IMG/VR virus record: IMGVR_UViG_3300022555_000004
Source: a virus
Taxonomy: Duplodnaviria; Caudoviricetes
DNA length: 64,000 nucleotides
Reading direction: 5' to 3' (one strand)
How positions within the stretch are numbered: the stretch's first letter is position 1; each line of letters opens with the position of its first letter. This document shows, one piece after another, positions 20,041 through 30,296 of the stretch. The notes below the pieces were generated by a model. The model was not told where the DNA came from, searched no databases, and saw nothing but the letters and a program-made list of their open reading frames with translations. Made by a program: the position numbers and the translations under genes.

Positions 20041-20133
20041 TCACTCCTATAAATAGATTGAGAAGGGACAGCAGCAATCACTCCGCTGTTTCCAGTATGC
20101 TGAAACATCTGGATTACCTTCTATTACTATTTA
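20041..20133 (-). ncRNA. Structured leader element, copy A (unnamed three-way-junction motif)
   Basis: Shares GAAGG-UAA-[P2]-AACAGCG-loop-UGCUGU-CCCUUC and terminal UAAAUAG/CUAUUUA with copies at 27773 and 54033. Confidence 0.7.
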
Positions 20134-20140
20134 GAGATTT

Positions 20141-21457
20141 TTATCTGCCAACCTCTGATAGATATTTGTATTTGACTTCATCAAATGTCATACCAATCAA
20201 CCCATCATAAAACAGTATATTATTGTTGTTTTTGCCTTCTTTTACCAATTTTTCAATACGTTTACCAGCATATTTCTTTTTCCAGTAAGCAGATAAGGCA
20301 TCAACTGAATTATCAAATTTTCTTTCACCTAAGTCTTCTGTTTTATTACATAAAAACTCATTGGTATTCTTATATAATTCACAAAAATACACACCACGAC
20401 TAAAATCATTATTGACTGTTTTGACGTTCAGTTCTTTATGTGCCATTGATAATAAACGAGGACGAACATGACTTGCTGGCCCGCCTTTTCTTGGTGCCAT
20501 CAATTCAGCATATTTGACAGGCATATTTTCTTTGATATATTTTTTTATTTCTACATAAACACTTTCTTCTGGTTCAACAGGTATCTTGCCATCAGATGGT
20601 TCACATGATTTATACATTTTTAGTCCGGTATATTGGCTTTTACCACCCTCTTTTACACTTGTATACAAGGATGTTGTTGTAACGCCTGCCAATTTCTCAG
20701 CATATTTGTTATTCCAAAAATCTTCAATAACATTGGATGTTGATAACATAGCAATCAGTTTTCCGCCGGTATAATTATATCCGAATGGTTGTGTTGGAAC
20801 AATAGAACTGGCCATACATAGATAATTCAATTTATGGTCATCCATTTTATTTTTCATTGACCAGCCAATATACTTATCTCGGCCACCAATAGAAATGAAA
20901 TCAGATCCTATTGATATAACACCCAAATACATTTGTGTTTTTTTATCTCTTACAAGAAATTTGCCAAATCTACCGGGCGATTGTGACCATATAGCCGTTG
21001 AGATCATTCTACGCAATATTGTCCATGTAGTTGATAGTTCTTTATTTGTAGCATTAACAACCAACACTTCTGGTTCTAAGTCTATGTAATCATTAGGTTT
21101 TTTAGGTATCCAGATATTATTTTTGATGTCAAGAATTTTTTGTTTATCGCTTATAGACCATTCAATACCATTCAACTCTTGCCATTTACGGTATAGAGTA
21201 TAAGTTTGAACGCCCATTGAAGAAACGAATTTGATATTATCTTGAAACAGTTTTTTCAATGTTTTTTTATCCATTGTATCAGATGATTGTTGTTGTTCGA
21301 TTACTGTTGGTGGTGCCATAGGGAGAACATCTGGAAATGTTTCAATATTTAATTCTTTAGGTTTATTTGGAACGGTTTTTATAATAGGTAATTCTATAAT
21401 TTCCTTTTTTTTTGTGGTCGGCGTATTACCGAAAAACAAATCTAATCCTTTTGCCAT
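20141..21457 (-). CDS. DUF4338 / Druantia DruA-like protein
   Basis: PGR..KFLVRD...YLGVISIGSD..SIGGRDKYIGW...IVPTQPFGYNYTGGKLIA...TTTSLY...SQY. Confidence 0.7.
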   Translation of the reverse strand: MAKGLDLFFGNTPTTKKKEIIELPIIKTVPNKPKELNIETFPDVLPMAPPTVIEQQQSSDTMDKKTLKKLFQDNIKFVSSMGVQTYTLYRKWQELNGIEWSISDKQKILDIKNNIWIPKKPNDYIDLEPEVLVVNATNKELSTTWTILRRMISTAIWSQSPGRFGKFLVRDKKTQMYLGVISIGSDFISIGGRDKYIGWSMKNKMDDHKLNYLCMASSIVPTQPFGYNYTGGKLIAMLSTSNVIEDFWNNKYAEKLAGVTTTSLYTSVKEGGKSQYTGLKMYKSCEPSDGKIPVEPEESVYVEIKKYIKENMPVKYAELMAPRKGGPASHVRPRLLSMAHKELNVKTVNNDFSRGVYFCELYKNTNEFLCNKTEDLGERKFDNSVDALSAYWKKKYAGKRIEKLVKEGKNNNNILFYDGLIGMTFDEVKYKYLSEVGR

Positions 21458-21574
21458 ATATTATCCTTTTATTTTTTAATTTTTCCTTTTACCCAAAAAC
21501 GACTTGGTAGAAATATAATAACAACAAGAAATACCATAGCTAATATTATAAGTATTCTTCCAAGTATTTCCATA

Positions 21575-21964
21575 TTAATTTTTATTATGTAGTATTTCAA
21601 ATGCTTTCTTGATAGCAACTAAATTTCTATCAAGAAATGTTTCGCCGGCATGAAAATATTTAGCATAATCATATTCATCAATAATATCAACAACATCATG
21701 TGTTTTATCAAAATTGTTTCGGTTGATGGTGTATATTTCATTATTTTCGTTTGTAACTAACATGTCGGTTGGTGTCATTCTATATGTTCCGGCAGGTATG
21801 CAAATCAAATAACAGGAATCATTCTCATGCGTTATAGGATATCCTTTGTAAGTAAACGACCACGGCATTCCATTTACAATATTTCCATCGTGTATTATCC
21901 CATACGATACAAGTTCATCAAAGGTAATGGCGTCAACGATATCTGGTTTTTTTATATATTTCAT
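21575..21964 (-). CDS. Phage hypothetical protein (KYIKKP..VDAI family)
   Basis: MKYIKKPDIVDAITF...NGMPWSFTYKG..ITHENDSCYLI. Confidence 0.6.
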   Translation of the reverse strand: MKYIKKPDIVDAITFDELVSYGIIHDGNIVNGMPWSFTYKGYPITHENDSCYLICIPAGTYRMTPTDMLVTNENNEIYTINRNNFDKTHDVVDIIDEYDYAKYFHAGETFLDRNLVAIKKAFEILHNKN

Positions 21965-21974
21965 ATTTACCTCT

Positions 21975-22376
21975 TTAGTATATTGTTTGTTTTTCAGGGT
22001 TTGTGAGAATACGACTTTTTGATTTCATTCGTCCTTGTTTACTTTCAACATTCGACATTCCAAATCCTGATAGTGTTGATAGTCCTTCACAAGCAAGGGC
22101 CACATTTACATATAAATTCATGGCATGATCCCTGTCTGTAATCTTATCAATGCTTTTTCGATACATAATGATACGTTTCTTCAATTGAATGTCAGTATTC
22201 CATTCAATCATTTCCTCCGCCGTATCTAGGGCGCCTTCAATCCATCTAAGAATACCATCTAATGAAAAATATTTTAAGTCTTCCATGCCCAATGATAATA
22301 TATATCCAATTGCATGTGTTCCGTCTTTTATATATCCTTGATACTCACCATTTACTTTTATTCTGATTTCGTCCAC
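21975..22376 (-). CDS. Hypothetical protein
   Basis: In an operon-like run with neighbours. Confidence 0.55.
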   Translation of the reverse strand: MDEIRIKVNGEYQGYIKDGTHAIGYILSLGMEDLKYFSLDGILRWIEGALDTAEEMIEWNTDIQLKKRIIMYRKSIDKITDRDHAMNLYVNVALACEGLSTLSGFGMSNVESKQGRMKSKSRILTNPEKQTIY

Positions 22377-22378
22377 GT

Positions 22379-22900
22379 TTAATCTCCTTTTTTAACAATA
22401 AATACCCTATGGTCTAGGATTAGTTCTAATTCTTTTTCAACATCAGGCCAGTATAATTCACCATTATTACAGCCGGGCTGTGTCAACAAAACCGATTTGA
22501 ATTTACTTCTTTCTATCATTTCCATCAATTCATGCGCCGACCTTTTGATAATTTCTATTTCGGCTTTTAAGGCCCAGCCAGGAATTACGTTTCCATGTAA
22601 CATATTTCTTACAACGCCGGGACACCCTTCTTCTTTTTCCATATCAAATTTATCACGTTTTACGGGAAACGAAACAATATTTGTATGATTATCTGTCCAT
22701 ATTATTGAAACGTGATTACCGTATTGAGCCAATATTTTTCCTAATGTTTTTTTAACAGACGGATATCTTTGTGATGCTTCAAGAGCAATACCACGCCCCA
22801 TAACAGCATGTCCATTAGATGCAACAAAACCATTTGTAGTGACACAAATGGCATCAACTACACCAACAAAATCCCATATGTTACATTTATAACAAAACAT
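22379..22900 (-). CDS. Macrodomain (ADP-ribose binding / hydrolase)
   Basis: CVTTN...VMGRGIA..A..RYP...FPVK...PGCNNG.L.W..V. Confidence 0.8.
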   Translation of the reverse strand: MFCYKCNIWDFVGVVDAICVTTNGFVASNGHAVMGRGIALEASQRYPSVKKTLGKILAQYGNHVSIIWTDNHTNIVSFPVKRDKFDMEKEEGCPGVVRNMLHGNVIPGWALKAEIEIIKRSAHELMEMIERSKFKSVLLTQPGCNNGELYWPDVEKELELILDHRVFIVKKGD

Positions 22901-22929
22901 TCTTTTCCTTTATTTAAAAAACAATTGTA

Positions 22930-23466
22930 TCATATTATCACTAGGTTTGTCAAGTTTTTTACATATTTTGTTGTGGTGAATGGTGGTTTATCACAATCTT
23001 TTCTTACACCCTTAGCTACCTGTTCCTTCCATACGCAATCAACATCTTTAGGATATCCACTTCTATTCCATTCAAAAGGCGATGTGGCTATTATCTTTTT
23101 CCATTCTTTTTTATCACATAATGGATATACATATCTGAATTGAAGCCCAAAGTATTTTACAAGACCCATTGAAATTGTGACGACATGTCCTTTATAAACT
23201 TGCCTATTTCTATATGGATAAACAACTGTATATAAATCAGAATTTTCTGGATCATCTTCAACGGATAATTCATGACATAATACTAAATCTGTTGAATATA
23301 CCATGCTTGTTTCCATATGAATACAATTGGCATCATCCAAAAAATCCATTGAAGTGTAACGTGGGAGAATACCGGGCATCAGGTAACGTATCATTCCATG
23401 TCCTCCGCTGTCATATAAACTACGTTCTGCCATTTGTCGAATTTCTTTTGTAAAATGTACTTTCAT
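22930..23466 (-). CDS. Hypothetical protein
   Basis: Follows the polymerase gene on the same strand. Confidence 0.55.
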   Translation of the reverse strand: MKVHFTKEIRQMAERSLYDSGGHGMIRYLMPGILPRYTSMDFLDDANCIHMETSMVYSTDLVLCHELSVEDDPENSDLYTVVYPYRNRQVYKGHVVTISMGLVKYFGLQFRYVYPLCDKKEWKKIIATSPFEWNRSGYPKDVDCVWKEQVAKGVRKDCDKPPFTTTKYVKNLTNLVII

Positions 23467-23475
23467 ATGTTCCTA

Positions 23476-26400
23476 TTAGAAGAATAATTTCAAACTTTCT
23501 TTTGCTTTGACATATAATAGGTCGGTTTTACCCAATACTTTTAATAACATTTCACATTTATTCAAAAATGTTTTTTCAATCTGTCTAGTATAATCTACTT
23601 GTAACACCGAATCAAATTCCTTTGGCCATCTATTAAAGGCCATAGCATCAAATCCAAATTTGTTTTTCTTTACATAAAGAACCTTAACTTTTGCGTCTTC
23701 CATGATATCTTCATATTTTCCTTCTAATCCTAATATTTTCAAGAGAGCCCTATAATTAGCAACACCTTTTATTTGCATTGGTGTTCCTTTTACACTTTTA
23801 CCATCAGGCCCAATATATTTTTTAGTATCATGAATACCAATGTTTGTTGATATAGCCTCTGGTGGCATACCTTGTAGTTCTTTTTTACACTTAGAAATCA
23901 TGGTGGACAATTCATTATCTGATGAACCTTTGAGTATCATACTCATAATATCTTTTAAAACTGGGCGAACAACCTCTGGTGTATCAGACCGTACAATTTC
24001 AAGACCTGTAGTCTTTATTTTATCTACCGGATTTCTTTCTTCATCAACTATCCAAGCAGAATATTTCTTCTTTTTCACAAATAATATAGACTTGGCAATG
24101 ATTTCCCGTTTGAATTTTATTCTAAAATCGGTTTCTGTCGAATTATAAACGGTTCGTTGCATTTCTCTATATGCCTTATCATTTACATAATCCTCTGTTA
24201 CAACGGATATATTATGAATATGATTCATAATATATTCATCAGTTTTATTCTTCCACTCAACACCATATAAATCAAAAAGCCTACCAACATTAATAAACAA
24301 CGAATCTGTGTCCATATATAAAATTAAATCAACATCTTCACTAGGTTTTTTTGTAATGTCACGTTCCATATTATTCAATACATCTAATAATGCTTTTGAT
24401 GGTTTATTATACAATTGATTTACATATCGTTCAGATGCTTTGATTGTCTGCCTTCCACATGATACGATGGCTTCAGCAATGTTTGTATTGAAATAACGTG
24501 AGAATGGGACAGCCAAAATACCATAAGTTGAATTGAGAATAATTTTTAAAGCGTTTTGTAGACCTTGATACCTAGCAATTTTTTCTTTTGTTCGTTCAAA
24601 ATCTTTTCCTTTCAATTCAGGTAACGATTTTTTCATTTTTATCATTTTTTTCTTTACTTCGACACGTTTATAGAACATAGATTTTTCAACGGTTGCTATT
24701 ACGCCGGGAACGGTTGTAGAGAACACTGAACCACAAGGAGCGACACATAGGAATTTCTTTTTGAGTGCTTCTTGAAATATTTCCAATTTTCTACCAGAAA
24801 AACGAACCTTGCCAGTATCTTTCAACATATCAAATTCAGGCAAATCCCTATTCTTCATATGACTAATCATTTGATCTTCTGTGAATCCTATGATACGACC
24901 ATAGTAAGTTTCATTTGACATGTTTAGTGTAACGATGGCAGTTGGATATGAACTGATGATATCAAGGTCAATAACCCATTTGTGTAATCCAGTCAAGGGC
25001 TCTTTGACAAATGCTGCAGGAAATCCCTCTTGAACACCACCATAAAATGTTGGAGCACATAATCCGTTTCTTCTGAAATATGTGATAAGAATGCCTTCAA
25101 TTAGAGCAGTCTGTGTATGATAAAATTTCATCGGAGCTTTACATAACAAGGATAATGTTTGAATCAATTTGATATAACCAAGTTTTCCTTCTATTTGCCC
25201 AACACGATAAGCATCAATAATGTTATATTCAACATATAAATCCCAATTTTCATTATATAATTGTCTAAGGTCTTTATAGGCAGAGTAGTCCACCTTACCT
25301 TTTTCTAATTCATGGTTTGATACATAATCTAATGTGTATCGTTCTAGTTTTGCCGGTGAATACCATTTATAAACATCAAGATAATCAAGAAGTGTTACAC
25401 CAATTATATCAGCATTGAACTCACCATCTTTATTGATCCATGTTCTTACATTACTAATCGGTGATAAATTGTTGGCTACCTTACTATCCTCACCAAATAT
25501 TCTCAATGTACGATTGATAAGATATTGTATATCAAAAGATATGCAATTATGAACACGGACACCACTCGTTATAAAATAATTACTACTTGTTTTAATATCA
25601 CCCATTTCAACAGTTTCATCTGTTTCTTTAATATCATCTATTTTTATATAATAACATTCATCAATTTTTTTAAATCTTATTTGTGATGCTTTTTGTGATG
25701 ATGTTCTAGTATTTGTATTATACCTCATATTAGACCATCTATATGGATGGTTTAAATATAGTTTTGTTTCATCATATTCAATAAATCTCATGGTATTCTT
25801 ACTTCGTGTAACAAATATACCATTCCATAAACAAAGGTCGTATAGTTTATCAATACCATCGGATGTATAATCACATAGTCCCATCCCCACATCACTTTTA
25901 CACCCATCACCATCCAACACACCTGATAAAAATATGTAAAATTGTTCTTTTGATAATCTACTCAAAAGAGTTAAATTCAATGTTTTCTCACCGGCTTCAT
26001 TATATATATAATCATAAACATCCTTGATTATAGAATGTTTTATATGGCGACTATATCCTTTTTTCCTATCACCACATATACTTGTTGTTACATAAGGTAA
26101 TTGTTCTAATAATTCCGTATTTGATTGATATATTCTATACCCCTCACATTGTCGTGTCTTATCTCTCATTGATCCGTCTGTATAAATCAAACCGGCCATA
26201 TATAATAAATTATTATCAATATCAATATTATCATTTTTATTTAAATCGAAAGGAACTTGAACAAAACAGGATTTATCTAAAAAAGGTATATCACTAACTT
26301 TCATATCCCCTTCATTTAGTATTTGTTTATTTTTACGATTTTCAGATAATTTTGTATACTTATTATTATCAATGTATTTTATAGGTATTACATGATCTGC

Positions 26401-27147
26401 TGATGTTTTCAAAATATGACCATTTGATAATTTTATTTCATTCACTTTTTTGAAAGATCGTGGATAAACAATATTAACCATATCACCACTTGGTAGTATA
26501 TCACCTTTTGATATATCAGATAATAATACAATTTCTTTTTCTTTATATATCGTATTAGTAATAGGAATACAATTCCAACCAGTTATAACATCAGGGGCAT
26601 ATTTGTGCATAAATCCAAAGAATTGTTGTAATAATACTTCTTCATTCTTACAATGGATATAGGTCAGCCAAGGTTCTTTTTTATATTTACCATTATATTC
26701 TTTGATACCAAAGGTTGTTGTTTTATTTTCCAACATATTATATACTGAAATAAGAACAACAGGGGCCAACGCATCCTCAGCTTTAGGAAAAACATCTTGA
26801 AAATCGACTTCAATATCTATTGAGTAAATCTTCAATTTAGGATTTTCTATTTCATCATCAGGAATCTCATGATATCGTTCAGCCAGATATTGAATTTCTG
26901 GTCTTAGATTATTTTCTTTGCAATTAAGGTCAGATTTTTGGTAAATAAAGTAATCATTATATGTATTAAAAGTCTTTTTGGATACTGTATTACCTTCTAT
27001 TGATTTAATAGTGCCGTTTTCATCATCTATGAACACATATGGTATCCATTTTAATTCATTATACTTATCTTTCCCATTTATTTGGCTCCATAAATGTATG
27101 TTGTTAGTTCTACTATTATAATAAACATTCTTGAACATTATCCACAT
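23476..27147 (-). CDS. gp43: Family B DNA polymerase (T4 gp43-like) containing an intein
   Basis: DIEV (ExoI), TGWN..C.SFD..YL (ExoII, split by intein), YN..D, DLDIISSYP, K..LNSTYG, YMDTDS, KKKY. Confidence 0.95.
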   Translation of the reverse strand: MWIMFKNVYYNSRTNNIHLWSQINGKDKYNELKWIPYVFIDDENGTIKSIEGNTVSKKTFNTYNDYFIYQKSDLNCKENNLRPEIQYLAERYHEIPDDEIENPKLKIYSIDIEVDFQDVFPKAEDALAPVVLISVYNMLENKTTTFGIKEYNGKYKKEPWLTYIHCKNEEVLLQQFFGFMHKYAPDVITGWNCIPITNTIYKEKEIVLLSDISKGDILPSGDMVNIVYPRSFKKVNEIKLSNGHILKTSADHVIPIKYIDNNKYTKLSENRKNKQILNEGDMKVSDIPFLDKSCFVQVPFDLNKNDNIDIDNNLLYMAGLIYTDGSMRDKTRQCEGYRIYQSNTELLEQLPYVTTSICGDRKKGYSRHIKHSIIKDVYDYIYNEAGEKTLNLTLLSRLSKEQFYIFLSGVLDGDGCKSDVGMGLCDYTSDGIDKLYDLCLWNGIFVTRSKNTMRFIEYDETKLYLNHPYRWSNMRYNTNTRTSSQKASQIRFKKIDECYYIKIDDIKETDETVEMGDIKTSSNYFITSGVRVHNCISFDIQYLINRTLRIFGEDSKVANNLSPISNVRTWINKDGEFNADIIGVTLLDYLDVYKWYSPAKLERYTLDYVSNHELEKGKVDYSAYKDLRQLYNENWDLYVEYNIIDAYRVGQIEGKLGYIKLIQTLSLLCKAPMKFYHTQTALIEGILITYFRRNGLCAPTFYGGVQEGFPAAFVKEPLTGLHKWVIDLDIISSYPTAIVTLNMSNETYYGRIIGFTEDQMISHMKNRDLPEFDMLKDTGKVRFSGRKLEIFQEALKKKFLCVAPCGSVFSTTVPGVIATVEKSMFYKRVEVKKKMIKMKKSLPELKGKDFERTKEKIARYQGLQNALKIILNSTYGILAVPFSRYFNTNIAEAIVSCGRQTIKASERYVNQLYNKPSKALLDVLNNMERDITKKPSEDVDLILYMDTDSLFINVGRLFDLYGVEWKNKTDEYIMNHIHNISVVTEDYVNDKAYREMQRTVYNSTETDFRIKFKREIIAKSILFVKKKKYSAWIVDEERNPVDKIKTTGLEIVRSDTPEVVRPVLKDIMSMILKGSSDNELSTMISKCKKELQGMPPEAISTNIGIHDTKKYIGPDGKSVKGTPMQIKGVANYRALLKILGLEGKYEDIMEDAKVKVLYVKKNKFGFDAMAFNRWPKEFDSVLQVDYTRQIEKTFLNKCEMLLKVLGKTDLLYVKAKESLKLFF
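25546..26571 (-). mobile_element. Intein (342 aa) with LAGLIDADG homing endonuclease in the polymerase ExoII motif
   Basis: Starts C after TGWN, ends VHN before C-ISFD; LAGLIDADG-like YMAGLIYTDG and FLSGVLDGDG. Confidence 0.92.
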
Positions 27148-27766
27148 TCCTTTTTATTTTACTTTTTATATATTTTGACTTATTGTTATTACCTAACATT
27201 GCATCACTCATACGTTTTTTAGTTTCTTCTGATTTTTTAATCCCCTTTCGGGCCTCACTTATTTTCTTTCTATGTTCTAAAGTATTTTTTCTACCCATTG
27301 CACTTTCACTCATTTTTCTTTTAGACTCATCTGTATGTTGTTTTCCCGAAAAACTTGGTGTTCTTTTTTTGGCTCTTTCACTCATCTTTTTTCTTGTTTC
27401 ATCAGAAGGATTTGATGATCCTTCACCACCTTCTGTAAAATTACATAAAGGGCCTTTATGTAAATCAACCCTGCCTATAGTTTGTATAATATGTTTCTCA
27501 AGATTGAATGATATTTCCTCTGATATTTGATCCATAATTTTTATTATTATAGGATCACAACCAGTTTCTAACTGTATCTTCTTAATTTTATTTAAAATAT
27601 GATTATTACTATGATAACCGTCTTTTATATGATAATATAACCTATTATTACTACCCTTACCAACATAGAATGGTTCATAATCAAACGAATATTCATCATA
27701 GATATAGGTGCCTGGCTTACGCGGATCAAGATATACATAAACATAAAATATTGGATTTACTTTCAT
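27116..27766 (-). CDS. GIY-YIG (LEM3-like) homing endonuclease with NUMOD3 repeats
   Basis: YVYVYLDPRKPG...PFYVGKG...R; GEG..N; H..E.K.KMSE repeats; start ATG 27766 after a GAGG RBS. Confidence 0.85.
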   Translation of the reverse strand: MKVNPIFYVYVYLDPRKPGTYIYDEYSFDYEPFYVGKGSNNRLYYHIKDGYHSNNHILNKIKKIQLETGCDPIIIKIMDQISEEISFNLEKHIIQTIGRVDLHKGPLCNFTEGGEGSSNPSDETRKKMSERAKKRTPSFSGKQHTDESKRKMSESAMGRKNTLEHRKKISEARKGIKKSEETKKRMSDAMLGNNNKSKYIKSKIKRNVDNVQECLL

Positions 27767-27772
27767 TTGGTT

Positions 27773-27863
27773 CACCTCATAAATAGATGTGGAAGGGACA
27801 GCAGCAAACCTCACGCTGTTGATTGTGTGTTTCAGCACCAATCTTACCTTCTACATGTATTTA
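27773..27863 (-). ncRNA. Structured leader element, copy B
   Basis: GAAGG-UAA-GAUUG..CAAUC-AACAGCG-UGAGGUUUGC-UGCUGU-CCCUUC. Confidence 0.7.
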
Positions 27864-27871
27864 GAGAAAAA

Positions 27872-28165
27872 TTATTTTAATACAGCTGTTGTTATATCGG
27901 TTATCAATTCTCTTTTTAATTCCATATTATTTTCAGTTGCTATAAAACAAAGTAAAATAATTTCGTGAACCAACCATGCTTCTTCATCATCAATGTCACA
28001 TGGGAATATCCTAGCAACACGGGACGCTATATCATATCTAGTTTGTGACCAGTGTTCGCCATCATATACGTATTGAATGTCCCAATAAAATAGACAATTA
28101 AATCTATTTTTCCATAAATCAATAACTATTTGATTTTTTCTAACATATTCTGCAATACTATCCAT
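27872..28165 (-). CDS. Hypothetical protein
   Basis: Coupled to the YopX-like gene. Confidence 0.5.
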   Translation of the reverse strand: MDSIAEYVRKNQIVIDLWKNRFNCLFYWDIQYVYDGEHWSQTRYDIASRVARIFPCDIDDEEAWLVHEIILLCFIATENNMELKRELITDITTAVLK

Positions 28166-28549
28166 TTAATACTCCAATAATTCAGGATTTTCCCATATAT
28201 TACCTATGATTTCACGGTCATTTGTATCCATTGGTAATGGAAACATAGTATCGGGGTTGGTAACATTATAAATATGAAATCCGGTGTTGTGCCAACACAC
28301 AACCCAATGAGTATACGATTGTCTAGCTAACACATCACCTTCATATATGTCTTTTTTATTCTTATCTTGACGCTCAGTATATTGCATCAATTCAAGATGT
28401 TCAATTTCAACCGTTTTTTCATCACCACAATATCCTAAAAAATCACAAGCATGCGGCGTTCCATCAAAATATATGGCTGTCATAACGACATACATTGCTT
28501 TATGTTCTTTATCAAATGCTCTGTATTTTATATCTCTCATATTATTCAA
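28166..28549 (-). CDS. YopX family protein
   Basis: MRDIKYRAFDK...LMQYT...DKNKKDIYEGD...EIIGNIWENPELL. Confidence 0.85.
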   Translation of the reverse strand: MNNMRDIKYRAFDKEHKAMYVVMTAIYFDGTPHACDFLGYCGDEKTVEIEHLELMQYTERQDKNKKDIYEGDVLARQSYTHWVVCWHNTGFHIYNVTNPDTMFPLPMDTNDREIIGNIWENPELLEY

Positions 28550-29123
28550 ACCTATACATTGTATAACATGAATATATAAGGTTTTCTGCCAAATAAATTG
28601 ATTTATTGAATTTTATCGGCCAAATGCCTAATGTTACTACTGATATTGGAATAACTATTTCTGTTTTAGATAAACAATCAGCAGTAAATTCATGACAATA
28701 AAATTTATCTGGATCACTAAACAAAAAATCGTATTGTGTTTTGTTTTCCACATGCCATTTTGCTCTTTCTATTACTTTATTCCAACAATTAAAATCTTTA
28801 TATTTTGGTCTAAGAATGATAAACCCATCTGTATCTTTGATAAAATCAATAGGATGTATTTCTTGGACGCCCTCTGCTATACTATGAATCATTTTATTAT
28901 CATCAATGACGATACCGGAATGGCTAAAAACGCCCGGAATAAAATATGAGTCAAGATAGTAACTATATGCTCGGCATATAATATCTCCTGGCTCAATGAT
29001 TTCCATCATTTTCAATATTTGTTCTGCTTTTGTTTTAGGTGGTTTTGTTGCCATCATTATATCGCCAAACCATGTAAGAACCCTTTTTACTACATTATAG
29101 ATTATACTTTTAATGTTTTCCAT
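28542..29123 (-). CDS. Permuted papain-like (YiiX/YebB, NlpC/P60-type) amidase
   Basis: PGDII...IPG.FSHSGI...YDF.F...FYCHE (His before Cys). Confidence 0.8.
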   Translation of the reverse strand: MENIKSIIYNVVKRVLTWFGDIMMATKPPKTKAEQILKMMEIIEPGDIICRAYSYYLDSYFIPGVFSHSGIVIDDNKMIHSIAEGVQEIHPIDFIKDTDGFIILRPKYKDFNCWNKVIERAKWHVENKTQYDFLFSDPDKFYCHEFTADCLSKTEIVIPISVVTLGIWPIKFNKSIYLAENLIYSCYTMYRFE

Positions 29124-29234
29124 GAATATTCTCCCGTAAAATATATTTTACTAAGTTTACCACAGTCTATAAAAAAAGTAAAGGTGGTATATTTTCATAT
29201 ACCACCTTTTTACTCAAAGATATGCAAATATAAA

Positions 29235-29486
29235 TTATTTTACTGACGCTGGAGCGGTTGCTGGAACAGGAGCTACGACTTTCTTTGCAGGAACTTTCTT
29301 TGCTTTGGCTTTCTTTACGACTTTCTTTGCGGGTGCTTTCTTTTCTGCAACAACAACTTTCTTTGCAGGTGCCGGCTCAACTACAGCGGTTTTTGCGGGT
29401 GCAACTACTTTAGGTGCATCAGCAGCAAAAGCAAACGTGCTCAATGAAAATACAAGACAAAATAAAACGGCTAACATTTTCTTCAT
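29235..29486 (-). CDS. Small exported Ala/Lys/Pro-rich protein
   Basis: Signal peptide MKKMLAVLFCLVFSLSTFAFA; PAKKV repeats; GGAGG RBS. Confidence 0.75.
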   Translation of the reverse strand: MKKMLAVLFCLVFSLSTFAFAADAPKVVAPAKTAVVEPAPAKKVVVAEKKAPAKKVVKKAKAKKVPAKKVVAPVPATAPASVK

Positions 29487-29547
29487 TACATTACCTCCTT
29501 TTTCAATATTTTATAAACTATAACATTCTATCAGTGGAATGTAAACA

Positions 29548-29871
29548 CTAATCTTTACAATAAATTTTTTCCCATTTATCTAACTTCTTTAATTCCTTAT
29601 CTATATGAGCGGTCGCGTATGACCTGACGATCGGTTTTGTTACTATTGTCATTGGTTCTGGTTCATCAACTATTATGCAGTCATTTTTTGATATAGCAAC
29701 TTCAAGATGTAAAGCACGTTTCAATTTTTTCAATTGTTTTTGTGTCAATAAATAGACATTTGGTCTTTTTTCGTCTTCATATACTTCAAATACTTGAAAT
29801 ACTTTTTTTTGATACCATGTTTTATTGTGTCCAGATTTTGTGATTTGAACATACAATGGTTTATATTTCAT
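29548..29871 (-). CDS. Hypothetical protein
   Basis: Coupled to the upstream ORF. Confidence 0.5.
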   Translation of the reverse strand: MKYKPLYVQITKSGHNKTWYQKKVFQVFEVYEDEKRPNVYLLTQKQLKKLKRALHLEVAISKNDCIIVDEPEPMTIVTKPIVRSYATAHIDKELKKLDKWEKIYCKD

Positions 29872-30296
29872 TATAATTCAATCCACCCCTGTTCTTCCAA
29901 TAGTTTTTTGATATCAGGCGGTTTCCATCCCTCTGGCTTCATCTTTTTGCCGTCCTCTCTCATAGGGCCGTCCTTCTTTGACATGTTATTTTTGAATACT
30001 TCAATCCACAAAGGACGGATATCAATACCATATGCCACAGCTGTTCCAATAAGAACGACAATAGAATCAACGATACCATCCGCTACTTCAACCATGTCAT
30101 CTTCGTCCATAGCTTTCAACGTTTCAGCAACTTCTTCAATGATAAGACTTTTTCGTAGAGTTTTTACGGTATCACTTGGAATTTGTGGAAATGGTTGTAT
30201 ATCATCATTCATAACTTCGATATGAAAATCAATCATATCTTGATACCAATCTTGATCTTTGTATTCATCGTTTGTAAATTCATCTAATACTGTCAT
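29871..30296 (-). CDS. MazG-like / PRA-PH all-alpha NTP pyrophosphohydrolase
   Basis: LIIEEVAE...EVADGIVD...EV..NNMSK...REDGK..KPEGW.PPDI. Confidence 0.85.
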   Translation of the reverse strand: MTVLDEFTNDEYKDQDWYQDMIDFHIEVMNDDIQPFPQIPSDTVKTLRKSLIIEEVAETLKAMDEDDMVEVADGIVDSIVVLIGTAVAYGIDIRPLWIEVFKNNMSKKDGPMREDGKKMKPEGWKPPDIKKLLEEQGWIEL

